Of a DNA stretch of 64,000 nucleotides, positions 38,528 through 51,700 are shown one piece after another (positions within the stretch are counted from its first letter, which is position 1; every line of letters starts with the position of its first letter). Both the position numbers and the translations under genes were made by a program. Origin of the DNA: Cetorhinus maximus (lineage: Eukaryota); the NCBI RefSeq assembly GCF_964194155.1, contig NC_135879.1, forward strand, positions 102,982,001-103,046,000. Reading direction: 5' to 3'. The notes under the pieces are model-generated. The model saw only the letters and a list, made by a program, of their open reading frames with translations. It ran no database searches and was not told the DNA's origin.

Positions 38528-40190
38528 TGTGGTAATTATGGTTTTATCTAATGTGTAATATATCTTTAAGAAGAATATTACTAAGAAAGATCACATGATC
38601 TTAGTACCCAATAGGAGAGTGGCGTAGGCTGCCTCTGTAGTTAGAAGTTAGTAGTCAGTAGTTAGTGGTGTAGAGATAGAGTTTGTAGTGAAGGCACACG
38701 TTTAGTTGCTGCTGAGTACCTTTGTAAATAAACTAAAATTTCCACCTAATGAAGTATCTGCTGATCAACTCTATCAATAGTACCAACTCGGCCACCACTC
38801 ACAACAAACTGGCAACGAGGATAAAACAACTTTAATAGAAGAAATCAAGTAAAATGAAATCAGCACTGTACCTCGCACAGTGAGTGTAAGTAGAAGTTCT
38901 GTTCAAATTGTCAAAGTAATTCCCTCTTGAAATGCCGCAATTCAGAAGAATTGATCCTTTTGATCCAACTGCGGACGATTGGTCTCATTACATTGAATGC
39001 CTTGAGTTCTTTTTCCAAGTGACCGAGATTATGGGGGAAGAGAAGAGGCAGGCAATCCTTTTAAGTACATTTGGGGGTAAAACCTATGGCTTGGTTTGAA
39101 GTTTGATGGCATCCAGTGCCCCATATTCGAAACATTTTGTTGAATTGGTGGACCTCATGAAGGGTCATTATCAACCAAAGCCCTCAGTAATGACGCAAAG
39201 GTCCAAGTTTAACTCGAGAAATAGAGCCCTGGGGTAGACAGTTGCATGTTTTGTGGCAGGTTTGAAGCAATTAGTGGAACATTGTGAGTTTGGTGCATCC
39301 TTAAACGACATGCTCAGAGATCATTTAGTGTGCGGTGTGAATGAGGACATGATTCAGAAGAAATTATTGGCCGAAGTGAATTTGGATTTCAAGAAGGTGC
39401 TATAAACAGCACTGGCTGTGAAAATCGCAGTTAGAGATTCAAAAGCCATACAGGGCATGCAAAATGGCACCGTCCTCCACATCGGGTAGGAAGCCTCATC
39501 CAAAAAGGGTGAAAAAATACAAGACTCTACCAAGAAGTGGGAAACAGCCTCCGTTAACCGCAAAATGAGGAAAAATGACATCAGCGAAACAAGGAATAAT
39601 TTCAACAGATGTGGGAACAAGCAGTCTTTTAACAATTGGCAGCTTAAAAAAATAGAATATTTTTATTGTCACAGAAATGGACATTTAATGAGACAGTGCA
39701 AGGAAAGAGTCAAGCAGACTTTTGAACAAAAGAATAAACCCAGTGAGATCTACAATGTAGAAGAGCCTGAAGCAACAAATTCAGGTTTTTACTCGTTGTT
39801 TAATTTGAGTGTTGGAAAGACGGAACCAATATATGTAACAGTGAAAATGAATGTTAGAATGGAAGTGGGCACAGGAACTTCCACTACAGTAATTGGGGAA
39901 CATATCTTCAGATGTCTGAATAATGGTGAACATCAATTAAATTTAGAAGAAACAACTGCCCAATTAAAAACATACATCCAAGACATTATGGAAGCCAATC
40001 GGCAAAGCTACACTTGATGGCGGAAGTAGGTGATGGGCCAAGACTCCTGGGGCGAAACTGGCTGAAGGAGATTATATTAGAATAGGCTGAGATTTTCCAG
40101 TTGAGTGCAAGTGGGTTACCAGAGCTACTTCGAAAGTCACAGTCTTCAAGGACAAACTTGGGAAGATCCAAGGGCTGCAGGCAAAAATTT
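38528..40190 (+). mobile_element. Gypsy LTR retrotransposon 5' part (LTR 38528-38806, PBS, gag, protease)
   Basis: TG...CA LTR with AATAAA. PBS TGGCAACGAGGAT (tRNA-Ser-like, 38810). Gag from 38932 (DWSHYIE, LRDHLVCGV, CHRNGHLMRQC). Protease MEVGTGTS and LLGRNWL. Confidence 0.92.
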
Positions 40191-42963
40191 AAAGAGAGAA
40201 AGGAATGAAGGAACAAGGGAATGAGAAAACCCACTCATGGCAAACAGTTGTGAATGCAAGTGAACACCCCTGGCTCAGAATTATCTCTACTATCTTTGTA
40301 TTGTTACAACTGATCACCACAATTGTCATTTTCATCATCTGCCACCTGAAGGTCCTCACTGGAAGGCTGCAAAAATAACATTTGACTTGAGCTAGAAAAC
40401 AGCTCGCATGCCTTAAAAGAACTAAGTGACCATGAAAAGTCGTGAGGAATCAACAGAGTGCCAATATATTTCACCCTCAAACTTGGGAGTTGTAGGTAGG
40501 CCTGGGTGGTTAGATTTTAGTTTAACTTGACTATTTTTATATTGTAATAACTAACGAAGTCTAGGAAGCCACTTTAATACGAATAAATAGCTAAAGAAGC
40601 CATTTTATATTCTGCATTAATCAAATTATTGTTAAGGTAGTCACCAGTCATGAAAAATCGTAGGAATAATGAGTTTTGATTGAGGTATAATTAACGAATC
40701 AATAATCATATTAGGAAGACTGGGTTTTTATTTAACATTCGTAAGTTCAATTGTAAGTCTCTGTGTTTGTGTGAAAAATGCAGTTTCAGACGAACTGTTC
40801 TGGCAATGAAGCCTTTTGAATCCTTGATAAAGGTCCCTAGGAAAGGCACATTGTGACATTGTAGAGTCTGGCCCAGTGAAAAGAGAAATTGTTTAAAATC
40901 AGATTGCAGACTGAGTGAAACAACTCCATTGTATTCCTGTCTGAGCCGCTGCGGCTATGTAACCACTGTGACCAAGAACCAATCAAATTAACCTAGCAAC
41001 AGCTAGGTCCAATTAAGAAATTAGGAAAAGCCTTACTCTGACGGAGGGTGATGGTCACTCGAGTTAAAAGCCAGGGCTCCGTAGAGTTTTGTTGCTAACC
41101 ACGTACTGACGACTCTTGAAGCAAGAACCACATGCCCATCGCTGCAAGTGGAATCGTGTCCAAGACGAAGTCTTGAGAGGGTTACGCTTCAACAGACTGA
41201 TCACCCGGGCGAAGATGTAGAAGCCATTGGATGGAATCATCCCAGGTTTGCACAAAATGCGGTAGCGGGTGGGAAAAAAGCTGTTTCAGCCGCCGGCCGC
41301 AATGGTGGGTTTTTTCCCCCGTATCATTCCATTCCCGGCGTGTCCTGCCTCATTAATAATGCATTCAAGGGAAAAACACCGGTTCATTGGCAGGTAGGCT
41401 TGGATTTGCCTGCCACGCTGTGACCTCAGCGCTTCCTCGCTCTAGGCGCCATATTTAAAATGCACCAGAGCGCAGCCTACTTCATGTCTGCAGACCCGTA
41501 CTGCCCAAGGCAGACAGATGGCCCCGAAAGCTAAGAAGATGGAGGCCCCCAAACTGCACCTGCTGGACACAGTGGAAGGCTGCTGCAATGTCCTCTACCT
41601 CTGCTCTGTCCACAGGAGGCACAGCAGGGTCACCAATCCAGCCTACGAGGCGGTGGCAGCGACGGTCAGCACCACCAGAGCAACAGAGGAGGTCAGCCAT
41701 CCAGTGCAGGAGGAGGACAAATGTTCTCATCCATTCCGCCAGGGTAAGTCAACCATCTCATCACTCTCAACACACACTCACAAACCCATCACACATCCAC
41801 AAGGATCTCACACCTCAAAGGACAACACCACTAACTCTCACACATACCCTTACATCTCCATCAGGCTCATACCCTCTGGAACTTGCGTCCTCATCCTGTA
41901 CATGGCTCCACTCACCAAACAAACATTCCACACAGTGCCATGTGTCCTGCTCATGCTATCTCCATCTGTTCCCATGCAGGAGAAGCTGGTTCCCATCAGC
42001 AGGGAGAGGTCCAAGACCAGGGGCGGAGTGGCCGATATTAAGCCCCATACTCACTTTGAGGAGTGTGCCATCATGCTGACTGGTGAGGATGTGGACTGTG
42101 CCTATGGCGACAGTGAGGTCGGCAGCAAACACCCTCGTGAGGATCCTGCACCACATCATCCCTTTCTCAACGTAAATGTGAGTGCTCCCTCTCCTGTTTT
42201 TGACTCTGGTGCCATGCACAAATTATCTCTACTTTGGTTCACAGAGAGCTCTGCCGAGTGACCGATACCCTCAGCCAGCCAGTCCCTCAGCTCCATCCGT
42301 GTCCTCACCTCCTCCATGAAGAGCAGGAGATAAGCAGCCTGGTAGACCCATCACAGAGCTTACCCACACCCTGCACCAGCGCAGAGACTCACACCTCGGT
42401 AGGACCTAGATCTAGAGCAGGCTCGGGTTCACAATCTGGTTGTCACTGCACGGATGCATGTCCTCAGAAGGAAGAGGCAAGTTCAGTCGAGCTTTCCGGC
42501 ACTTGGAGGACTGCTGGGGAAGATGCATCTATGAGGTCTGTGTCAGATGACAAGCCTCTGGATTTGGCCTTCCAACTCATCATGAAGAGTCAGCAGAAGG
42601 CGAGGGAACATCACACAGAGCTGCTGGAAGCCCACAACACAGTGGCACGCAGGTTGGAGTTATGTGTCTGCCTGCTTTCTGATGAAGTGGTGCCCACATA
42701 TGCGCATACGGAGGTCCCCATTGGAAGGATGGCAGACACCAAGGATGCCCTGCTCCATCAGAACGTGGAGTTGTGCACAGATCTGCACTCCATCGTGGTA
42801 GCCATGGGTGAGTCCCTGTAGTGGCAATGCGAGAGGGAAACGGGGCACCTCGACATCCCTCCAGCTGCTTCTTCCCCTCAAGGCATCAGGCCAGAGCTCT
42901 CAGACATCCAAAGGGAGGAGGAATGGCAGCTGGACACCCCTGGGTCATCTACTCTGTAATCTC

Positions 42964-43730
42964 TGTAATATATATAATGTTATTGGATTTTTTTTTAAAA
43001 TAGAGATTAACCTGTGGGTGTGTCTGTGTGTGTGTTTTAATTAGATTAAAGCCAACTAGTCTGGGTGCTTTGATGTAAAGTAGTTTTGAGATGTAAACAG
43101 AGGTAGAGGTATATTTGCATTTTGTTGGATAGAGCATTCAAGAGTGGGAGTGAAATCTTGCACCTAACGAGGAGACACCAATCAATGTTTATATTATTAA
43201 TAAAATTGGTACTATGAAAGGGGTTTTATTGTAAAAGAGGTGGAGTTCAAAGGGCCTGGTGGTACAATGAAAATTTACATTCAAAGAGAAGTGCTGGGTA
43301 TAACCTGAGGGGAGTTTGTGTTTTCAGAGCAGAGGCATGTAACATCTAAGCAGCTGTAAGCCTACAACTGTCTGCAAAGGAACCAAATTGAAAGGAACCT
43401 CATTTTGAATTCATAAGGTGAAAATGCTTTACCTGGTGTCTGCGTAAATCTATTGGTTATTGTTGCCTTAGTGGAGATTAACTTGGGAATTTAAAAGTTA
43501 TGATAGTAGTAATTTATAGTCATGTGTATATTTTAATTTGTTGTAAATTAATGAATGTCTTATTTAGTTTGACATCAAAACCTCTCGAGAATTGGTGGTC
43601 TTCTTCCTGAATTTAGAAATTTAGAGCTGCATCTCAAACATACCAGTTGAAAATATAGGTTATGACGTTTGTTTAAAGTATCCCTCTGGGATTTTAAATA
43701 CCAGCCTTTACCAACTGCCGTGTCATAACA
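42964..43730 (+). mobile_element. Solo LTR inside Myb exon 3
   Basis: TGTAAT...ATAACA, AT-rich, absent from the sister copy near 57000-57070. Confidence 0.8.
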
Positions 43731-43958
43731 GGGAGCAGCTGGCCCACAGAAGGATGGCCAAAGCAAGCCAGGGTCTTCAAGGCTACAGGTGTCTTCACCC
43801 CTGCTGCGGATGTCAGGGCAGCACCTAGAAGAAGTGGTAGGCCTAGAAAAGTTAAGAAATTCTGATCACAAGTGGTTGTACGGGTAAACATATTTTGTCA
43901 CTTCATAATCTGAAAATATATTCACTTTCACTGAATAATGCATAACGTTTTCTTTCAG

Positions 43959-45060
43959 CTTCATTGACAGGTTTCGCAAGTCCTTCCCCTGCATCCCCCT
44001 CCGCTAGCAGTTCAATTGCACGCAGCTGGGCCACAAGTAGTTTTGGAGGGAGTAGTCTCTGTGTGGCAGGACCTTTAGGAGCCTCATGCGAGCACTCTCT
44101 CACGCACTCAGAGCCTTCATCCGACACACTGTCCCAAGCATTTTCAATGCTGCCTGCTGGGGCTCCCTTTCAATTGTCCATCTGAGCTGATCTGCATCTC
44201 TGCCCACCCACTGACTTCACTCCCATGCAGCACCTATGCTCGCCCAACATGAGGATCCGCTCACTTTTGATATCGACAACGATGATCGTAGTCAGATTTT
44301 CACTCAGCTACGCTGTTCTTTCCCCTCCCCCAGTCAACCATGTCCTTTTTCCCATCACTGTCAATCCTCCTGGCATCACTTTCCACTTCCCACTGTCACA
44401 TACCAACCCAAACCATTGTCTTTCCAGATGTCCAGGTGAACGTGCATGTTCCCTAGCTTCCTGAGAATCCCACCCCCATCCATATGGACCTCCCCAACCT
44501 CCTCCTTCCCACCCTCAGGGTCTGTGTCTGCCTCCAAGTCTCCACCAACCACCCTCACCATCTCTTCTAATACTACTAATGCATCTTCACCCTCCCACCC
44601 TTGCGGCTCCCTCTACACTCTCTCATACTCACCATTCCCTCCTAACACGCCCACCCTCAGTTCGCAATCATTGACCTCCCACACCCCCACCCTTGAATGT
44701 TCACCTGGATATCCCCCACCCTTTACTCTCTCCTCCGCCCTTACTCGCTCCTCCCCCCAGACACCTTTCTCCCTCTGAACTCTTTCCCCCCTCCGAACTC
44801 CTTCCCCATTCCAAACCCTTTCCCTTACACCTTCCTCCCCCCTTACACCTACCTCCCTACTTGCTGCATTCTCCCCGTTACACCCTCCTCCCCACGTACA
44901 CCCTCCTCTACCTCCCAACCTCACCCCCACCAAATGAACCTTCCTCTCTCGTTAAAACCTGGACCTTCCACTCCCACCACCCCGGCACACCTTCATCTCC
45001 CACTCACAGCTGGACCTTCCTCTTCTCCCCGCCCCTCGCTGATCATCCATAGCAGCCCAA
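43959..45060 (+). pseudogene. Decayed candidate cargo ORF (Leu/Pro/Thr-rich) of a Harbinger element
   Basis: Aligns with 56713-55640 (minus) with synonymous and conservative changes. Most stops are copy-specific. Confidence 0.55.
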
Positions 45061-46077
45061 GGCCTAGACCGTGATGTCCTGAATCAGACCCGAGACATCA
45101 ATGGAGACCTCCCACCTTCCGTGAGCTGCTTTGTGACAGAGCCACATCCATGAGGATCGACCCAGCATGTGATGCACGTGTACCTCCAGGATCTGGTTGC
45201 TGTAGGGCTCCAGTATCTCCTGCTCCTCTGATATCTGCGGTCTGAGCAAGGCCCTAATGGTAAGTCCCAGCTTCTGCAGGTCACACTTGTCCAGATGTGT
45301 TTTGGGCCAGCGTGTTTTCCTGCTGGCTAACGGTAAATCTGGAATGGGGGGGAACGATTCCAGTTGGGCCTTACTTTGCATCCCTTTAGCGGGATGCAAA
45401 GTGGGTTCACGCCAGCCTCCAGTGGGTTTGGCATTGGCGGACACCATCAGATGATCCCTATGTGCTTTCACGCCAGCGTGAAACCGATTTTTGGCCTTGT
45501 CACCATGTTGCATGCCCCCTCCCCCCAGCCAGCCATGACGCCTGATGCCAGCAGGGCTGGAAAATGCCGGCCATTGTCCTGAGTTACTAAGTATAACTTT
45601 TTCTATTTGTTTTGTCTTAATAAGTTAAGACTGTCTGAACCGAAGTTCACTTACAAATTGGGTTGGCTGAAATAAATTGTGTTACAGATAAAAACAGATA
45701 ACACAGTGTATGGACAGGGTCATAATCTAATAAATTAAAGTATAATGGAATACTCCATGAAGGCAAAAAACGAAAGTTAAAATATTGAAGTAAAAAAAAA
45801 AGTACAATTGCTTACTTAATGCATCCAGCTGAAATTTCCTCTGAAATTTTAGTGAAGATGTTGACCCTTTTGCTTTAACATGACTGCTGAAATGGCATAG
45901 GTGAACCTCGGATGAATGGATCATGTTCAAGCACCAATGTCCCATGGTGTAATTTATGGACGTGACACAGAAAGGCCTTTCTAGTTGATCAAGCTATGCA
46001 TGAATAAACGTGAGAACACAACTTCATAATTTGATGAAAAAAATAAATATAAAACAGTAACAAATATACAAACACAC

Positions 46078-46165
46078 CAATTAGGAGCAGGGGTTGGCCA
46101 CTTCCCCTTCAAGCCTGCTCCGCCATTCTGTAAGATCATGATTGATTTGATCAGCCATGAACAAA
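46078..46165 (-). mobile_element. CR1 3' end fragment
   Basis: Reverse complement reads ...GAATGGCGGAGCAGGCTTGAAGGGGAAGTGGCCAACCCCTGCTCCTAAT, a typical CR1 3' UTR. Confidence 0.7.
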
Positions 46166-46603
46166 GAATCAGGTAATTCTTTGTAAAGCTGATATTTATA
46201 TTTTTGTTCTTCAGAAATACTTGCAAAATTAACGAGCAAAAGATACTCTTTCTTCAAACATGATTTCAAATCTTTATTCTTGACTACTGTTACAACCACT
46301 TCAGTCAAAAGGCCTTGCGATGAATATCAATACTCTGTAATTCTTATATGGAAGAATTTCATCTAATAGAGTCTTGTGCCAACCTTAACTCACTAATGTC
46401 GATCCATAATATTCCTCTGTGTTGTCCTTTGACTGCTAACTAAACACATAAAAGATTGAATGTAGGATGAAAGATTTTTTTCCCATGACTGGAGCAAATT
46501 AATATTCTGCAGCAAAACAATATTTCTGAATATGAAAAAATTGTTGCTGATATAACTTTTGAGATTTCTGCTCACCAAAACAAATTCACCCTTCCAACAC
46601 AAC

Positions 46604-48775
46604 AGGCAGAATCAGTCCTGATTTGCACCAAATGCAGTAGCGAGTGGGAAAAACGATGTTTTACCTGCCGGCTGCAATTCGGCTTCTCACGCCGTATCAT
46701 CCCATTCCAGCCACATTAATTACACATTTCCGGGAAATTTGCCTGCCACTCCATCACCTCGCCGCTTCCTTACCCCAGGCGCCATGTTTAAAGTGCATCC
46801 GCGTGCACACCTCTCAGTGCTTCCAGCCCAGGACTGCTGCATGGAAGAAGTGGCCCCAAAGGCAAGAAGACTGCCGCCCCCTGGATTAATGATGTATCCC
46901 CTGAGCACCTTTGGGATACAGTGGAGCCGCAGTGATGTCCTCTACCCCAGCTCTGGCCACAGGATGAGCAGCAGCAACACTAATCCAGCATTCGGGGCAG
47001 TGGCAGCGGTTGTCAACGCTAATGCTCTGCAAAAGAGGACAGCCCCCCAGTGCGCCCAGAGGATGAACGATCTCCTCCATTCTGCCAGGGTAAGTCACTC
47101 TTTTCATCACTCTCAACTCACATACTCACAAACCCATAACACATCCCCAGGGATCTCACTCACTGCCAGTTCAACGGACATCACCATTCACTCTCTCTCA
47201 CACACACGTTCATTGTCCTCATCCCGTCCACGGGACCACTCACCACCCACACATGCCAGGCACACTTGTCAACTACAATCTGGTGAGCACATCGCACTGT
47301 CTGATCCACAGCAGGCAGCGGCAGGAACTTCCCAGGTCCCCGGCAATCGGAAGACTGCTGGAGGCCATAAATCTGCTGAGTCCAAGTCAGATGATGATCC
47401 TCTGGACTCAGTCATACCTCAGTTGTAGGAGAGGCAAAGGCAAGCTCGGGAACATCAGGAAGGGATGTCCATTGCACTCTTCTGATTGCAAGGCACGACA
47501 GAGGAGTCTGTCCATCTTCAGAAAAAGATGATAGCGCCGGTATGCCAACGTACTGAGGTTAACACTGGTAGGATGGCAGCTGCCATAGAGACCTTGGTCA
47601 GGACTGCACTGCTGCAGAGGATGAACTCCATCACTGACGCCATAGTTGTTCTCCAACAGTGTCAACGTGAGAGCAGTGCAGGGCAGCTCGATCTCACGCC
47701 AGCTTCCCCTTCTCCTCAAGTACATAACCAGGGGCCATTGGGCACCCAAAAAGAGGAGGATCAGCAGGTGCATACCCCAGCGCCATCCACCCAGGTGACT
47801 CCGGAAGTCACTGGCCCATCCAAATCCACTCTTCCTGTGACTAGCAGCTTCAGCTCCACAGCTCGAAGGGGGTGCCACTGCTACTCAGCAGGACCCCGAA
47901 AGCAGGCTGGGGTCCTCCAGGGCTCAGCCCTCCAGGCTGCCAAGATCATCACAGACAGGGCGTAGCAGTCAGCAGGCTGCCTCCACCTCCGCTGTGGATG
48001 TCTGGGGAGCAAGAAGACGTAGTGGCAGGGTTAGAAAGGTTAAGAAGATGTAGTTGCACAGCCTGGGCATGGGTGTTAATCATTTGTACATAATGTTCAC
48101 TATTGTAAATAAACTCCCAAGAATAACTCCCTGCCTATGGCTCCTTGTTCTGATGAGCAGTGTTCCTGTCACTCAGATGTGAAACCTTGGTTCCTGCACA
48201 AGATAAAGGCAGGTGGCTCAGTCCAGGGCCTCTTCCCTGTGCTTTGTGCAACTTCAGACCAAAGTGATGGTCCGGCCTCACACTCCTTGGGCACATTACT
48301 GATTACCTCAATGGTGCTGGTCTTTGCTGCCAGAATGTTGTGGGCAGGCGTCACAGAGTTCCGTCATTCTCTCTGTGTGCTCTCAGCACTTTTAAGGTGG
48401 GGCTGGCCCCCATCTCATCTGCACCTGAAGGGGTCATCTGCTCAAGGCGGACAAAGGATCAGGTGCATTAAAAGTTTCAAGGCTGCATCTCCATGATATG
48501 ACCCTGACCACAGAGCGCAAGCGAGATACTCTCGGCTAGGCAGGAGTCAGACATTCTCAGAGGCTATGTGAAGATCAATGGACTGTCCATACTGCTTGTC
48601 ACCACCATCCTCCTGGAATCGAGTGACTATTAGGGCCTCCGCTGCGTCTCCATGACAGGAGCATTATCATAGAGAACATGCCGTCAGCCAGACTGAAGTC
48701 AAAAGTTGATAGATGCAATGTGAGGATCTATGGTGCCTTCTCATTGCATGTCGTCAGACACGGAGAATTCCGCCC
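46604..48775 (+). mobile_element. Non-autonomous Harbinger element with internally deleted Myb gene
   Basis: AGGCAGAATC / GAATTCCGCCC ends and AAC/AAT TSD. Exon 1 46841-47089 with GTAAGT, exon 2 deleted, C-terminus RRSGRVRKVKKM* at 48053. Confidence 0.88.
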
Positions 48776-48778
48776 AAT

Positions 48779-51700
48779 GGGTGGAATCTAATTCTGCTCC
48801 AGGGAGTGGCAAACGAGGCTGATGGGGGGAACTTAATTGCATGGGAGGTGAAATATGTGATTCCTAACAGCAGGATGAAAGTTGGGAATTAAGGTGGCGG
48901 TAAATTAAAGGCAAGTTGCAATTCCAGACGGCAATCAGCGGGAACTATTTTAATGCATTAGCATGTCATGCATACTAATTAAAACACATGGTCACCAGAT
49001 TAAATTGTACTTTTACAATTAAGTCAGCAGCAAATGAGAAATACATGCCTTCAGATTCACAACTGGTTACAGGTTGCGTGCAGCAAGTGAGATATTCTTC
49101 CTGGTAGATTTGGAGTGAGTAGGAGGTGTTTTTGTTCTCTGGGGAACTTTGTTAGACCAGGGGAGAGGAGACTGAGCTGTTGCATTGAGCTCAGGTGGTG
49201 GCTGTCCAGGGATGTCAGGGCATGGCTGTCCGAAGGAGGAAGGTTGGGTCATAGCGGGCCTAGGAGTATTCAAGGGGGACAGAGGGAGGAAGCTAGATGA
49301 CAGAGGGAAGGTCAATCTCTCCCAAAGGCGGATCAAGCATGATAGAGAGATTAAGCTTGATCGAGGTGTAGGAGAGTGAGGGAGCCAAAGATAGATGGTG
49401 GTAGAGGGAAGGTTGAGGGTGATGGGGAGGCATGTCCAGGGTTCCATGGGCCAGATCTAGGTTGACACAATGGATAAAGAATGATGTTGGGTAGCTCAAG
49501 GGTCACTGAAGGCAGGGCAAGGGTTATGGAGGGGTGGGGGAGGGTCAAACGTGATGGAGAGAAGGTCATGTACAGTATTGGTCACCTTATTTAAGGAAGG
49601 ATGTAAATGCATTGGAAGCTGTTCAGAGAAGGTTTATCAGACTAATACCTGGAATAGGCAGGTTATCTTATGAGGAAAGGTTGGACAGACTAGGCTATTA
49701 TCCGCTGGAGTTTAGAAGAGTAAGAGGTGACTTGATTGAAACATATAAGATCCTGAGGGGTCTTTACAGGGTGGATGTGGAGAGGATGTTTCCTCTTGTG
49801 GGAGAATCTAGAACCATGGTCACGGTTTAAAAATAGGGGGTCGTCCATTTAAGACAGAGATGAAGAGATTTTTTTTCTCTCAGAAGGTCGTGAGATTTTG
49901 GAACTCTGCTCCATAGCTCGATTTCCCCAAGTACAAGGGGCAATTGATTGCACACGTGGTCTTGGGGGTTCCCTGGGAATAGCCAGCAGTGTTCATAAAC
50001 ACAATGGGGTTTCATTCCATCAATGAAACTTCCATCAATGTGCAGCTGGTTTTTGATAATTGAAAACAAAAGCTGCAAGTCTGTGCTCACTCCCCAGGGG
50101 GCTCTCATGACTCTTACATTCCCACTCACTCTTACGTGCCACAGCTGTCTGAGCCCCCCTCTGCCCCCGATGCAAATCTGTAGCAATGTCTCCTGGGTGA
50201 TAGGGAATATCCACAGAAGACCTGGCTCATGACACCTGTGAAGAACCCACAAAGCCCAGCAGAGAAGGGGTATGTCTGCCATGCCTCATCAAGGACAACA
50301 ATGGAACAGACCATTGGATTGCTGAAAGTGAGGTCTCATTGCCTGGGCCACTCAGGTGGGGCACTGCAGTTTAGACCAGCGAGTCTCCAGAAGTATTGTG
50401 ACTTGCTGTGTCCTACACAACTTCTCGCAAAGAAGTGATGAATTTGCAGATGGGGAGATGGAAAAGATGGAGTCATCCTCAGGCAAGGATGAAAGGGAAG
50501 AATCAGAAGAGCCTGAGGTGATGCATGGTGCGGCTCCAGCTGCAGAGGGCAGGGTGATGTAGCCAGACAGGCCCGGGACACCCTCATTGAGTCTTGATTC
50601 CAGCCAGATTCAGACCCCTGCAGGATTGCTTGATTTCCAACTCAAGAAATGTTGCTGTGGAATTGCTGCCGCATCTGGTATAGTCCTTCAAAACCAAGGC
50701 CCACAATCTCTGACACCAGGATGAGAAATAGCTGCAGGCCCCTGGCATGAACAAGTCTATGTGTATGGTCCCATCATAAACACTTCTGACTTGGAGGGAT
50801 GTCACACATGACTCAGTCACGCACGCTCAAATCCTGGAAACACCTTGCTCAGAAGTCTATGTGTTCTCCTGTAAAATATGGAATGCCTCAGCTGCAGATG
50901 CTACTGAGACAACAGCTTCTGAGGGATGATGAGGGGATGCGCAACATATGCCAGCTTGTCAGCAAGTTTACTATCTCCCAACTTAACAAAAGTTGCCAAA
51001 CATAGAAAATACCATATGTCGAGAAGCTCAGATATACCAATGCTTTCGAGGATCCACACTAAATGAGGTGTCCATAACCCCCACATCAGCCATCACTGAG
51101 TTTCAATAATGAAACAATGGGACTTCACCTTCAGCAATCCTTAAAAGCCCCTGTCTGGTGTCAGAAGTCCCAACAACATGATCATTCAACGCATATGAAT
51201 GAAGTGTTCAAAATTATATATTTACACATAAACTTACGATGTCATAAAATGATTGGACACCCGTGATGCCACGTGCTATGAGAAGATTTTTCACTTACGA
51301 TTTCTAACAATACATCTTGGCGCGACCCCCACATCTGCAGCTGAGGTGGAGGCAGCCGGCTGGGTGCTATGCCCCATTGCCTGAGGCGACTTTGGCGGCT
51401 GATGGTCGGGGCCCTAGAGGGTTCCAACCTGCTGAGGGTCTCCTGCACAGGTGCAGGCGCACGCTCTTCGGCCTCACCTACTGGAGGCACTGGGGCCACT
51501 GGCAGAGGTGAGGAGAAGCAACAGCTCACCATTGGAACATCCTGAGATAATGCCCCCAAAGCAGCTTGCTGGCATTCCTCCTCCCTGTTGGTACACGATG
51601 GTACCTCCCTGACTCCAGGATGAAAAGGGACACCTGGAGGGAAGCTGAGATGCCTTACTTCCCCATCTTGTGTATAGATCCCATGGCCAGGGTGATGAAA

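Larger units (their letters stand above)
41229..45572 (+). mobile_element. Complete transposase-deficient Harbinger element with 3-exon Myb/SANT gene
   Basis: Ends GGATGGAATC / AAAATGCCGGCC with perfect ATT TSD. Exon 1 41518-41743 (GTAAGT), exon 2 41980-42136 (GTGAG), exon 3 42245-43865 ending APRRSGRPRKVKKF*. Confidence 0.92.
40491..45703 (+). mobile_element. Probable solo LTR (40491-41228 plus 45573-45703) split by a Harbinger element
   Basis: TGTAGG...GATAACA ends, AATAAA at about 45671, flanks GAGT/CAGT. Left boundary uncertain. Confidence 0.5.

Noticed and set aside
41518-42261. 247-aa ORF as an intact protein
   Set aside because: It reads through intron 1 and changes frame relative to the Myb domain. 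It is a chance fusion in a decayed spliced gene.
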